NCBI GenBank assembly: GCA_035765105.1
Contig: DASTYG010000107.1
Coordinates: 16,504-80,503 of the forward strand
Direction of reading: 5' to 3'
Length of the DNA stretch: 64,000 bases
From: Glycomyces sp.
GTDB taxonomy: Bacteria > Actinomycetota > Actinomycetes > Mycobacteriales > Micromonosporaceae
Shown: one piece after another, positions 63,794 to 64,000 of the stretch
Position numbering within the stretch: the stretch's first letter is position 1
How the letters are laid out: each line of letters begins with the position of its first letter
Notes under the pieces: generated by a model
Seen by the model: the letters and a program-made list of their open reading frames with translations, nothing else
Database searches by the model: none
Told to the model about the DNA's origin: nothing
Translations under genes and position numbers: made by a program

Positions 63794-64000
63794 ATGCCGG
63801 TGCCATATACCTACTACCGCCCTGCAGTTCCCGAAGACGAGTTGTCCGCCTACTTCGCGGCGAAGCTGGGCCTGGTCCGCAGCTTCGAGGACGAGCCCTT
63901 TCCTCTTCGCGGCGATCGCTGGTGGGTCTCGCACATGTTCGATACCGCCGAAGAGTATGGCTATGAAGCAGCCCGGCTCGGCATCGATGAGAGCGGTGAG
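63794..64000 (+). CDS. 5' part of a candidate cognate immunity gene (runs off the window)
   Basis: ATG 63794 lies 5 nt after the toxin stop. The frame stays open to the window end (MPVPYTYYRPAVPEDELSAYFAAKLG...) and the product is acidic. It is not in the ORF track because no stop is reached. Confidence 0.45.
   Translation, partial: MPVPYTYYRPAVPEDELSAYFAAKLGLVRSFEDEPFPLRGDRWWVSHMFDTAEEYGYEAARLGIDESGE

Overview
High-GC (about 70-75%) actinobacterial chromosomal DNA, Streptomyces/Nocardiopsis-like in gene content. No rRNA, tRNA, CRISPR array, integrase or transposase was recognised. All family calls come from reading motifs in the supplied translations; no BLAST or HMM search was run. Positions 1-46.8 kb are a typical accessory arm. 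They hold secreted plant-cell-wall enzymes (GH62-CBM2, GH43-CBM42, PHB-depolymerase-type esterase-CBM2), a secreted NagZ/NamZ/AmiE-like muropeptide operon and many SDR/VOC/regulator pairs. They also hold a divergent Nramp-like transporter operon, an iron-box-controlled SIP plus acylase-acyltransferase fusion, and FdhF/YdeP-FdhD. From about 46.5 kb to the window end the composition becomes mosaic (hand-counted 60-nt lines fall from about 72-80% to 42-63% GC) and the content switches to conflict systems. The first is a T7SS-style polymorphic toxin cassette: YbaB-like, EspC/WXG-like, an N-terminal delivery domain separated by one in-frame TAG from an HNH-like toxin, then three SUKH immunity genes. 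The second, and the main candidate for something new, is a translationally coupled SNF2 helicase plus a ~1430-aa PglX/DrmMI/Eco57I-type N6-adenine methyltransferase. Its presumed specificity region is a very low-GC graft, and no other DISARM, BREX or nuclease partners lie in the window. After it come an HTH-DUF5753/DUF397 pair and a second small nuclease-type toxin with a truncated downstream immunity candidate.
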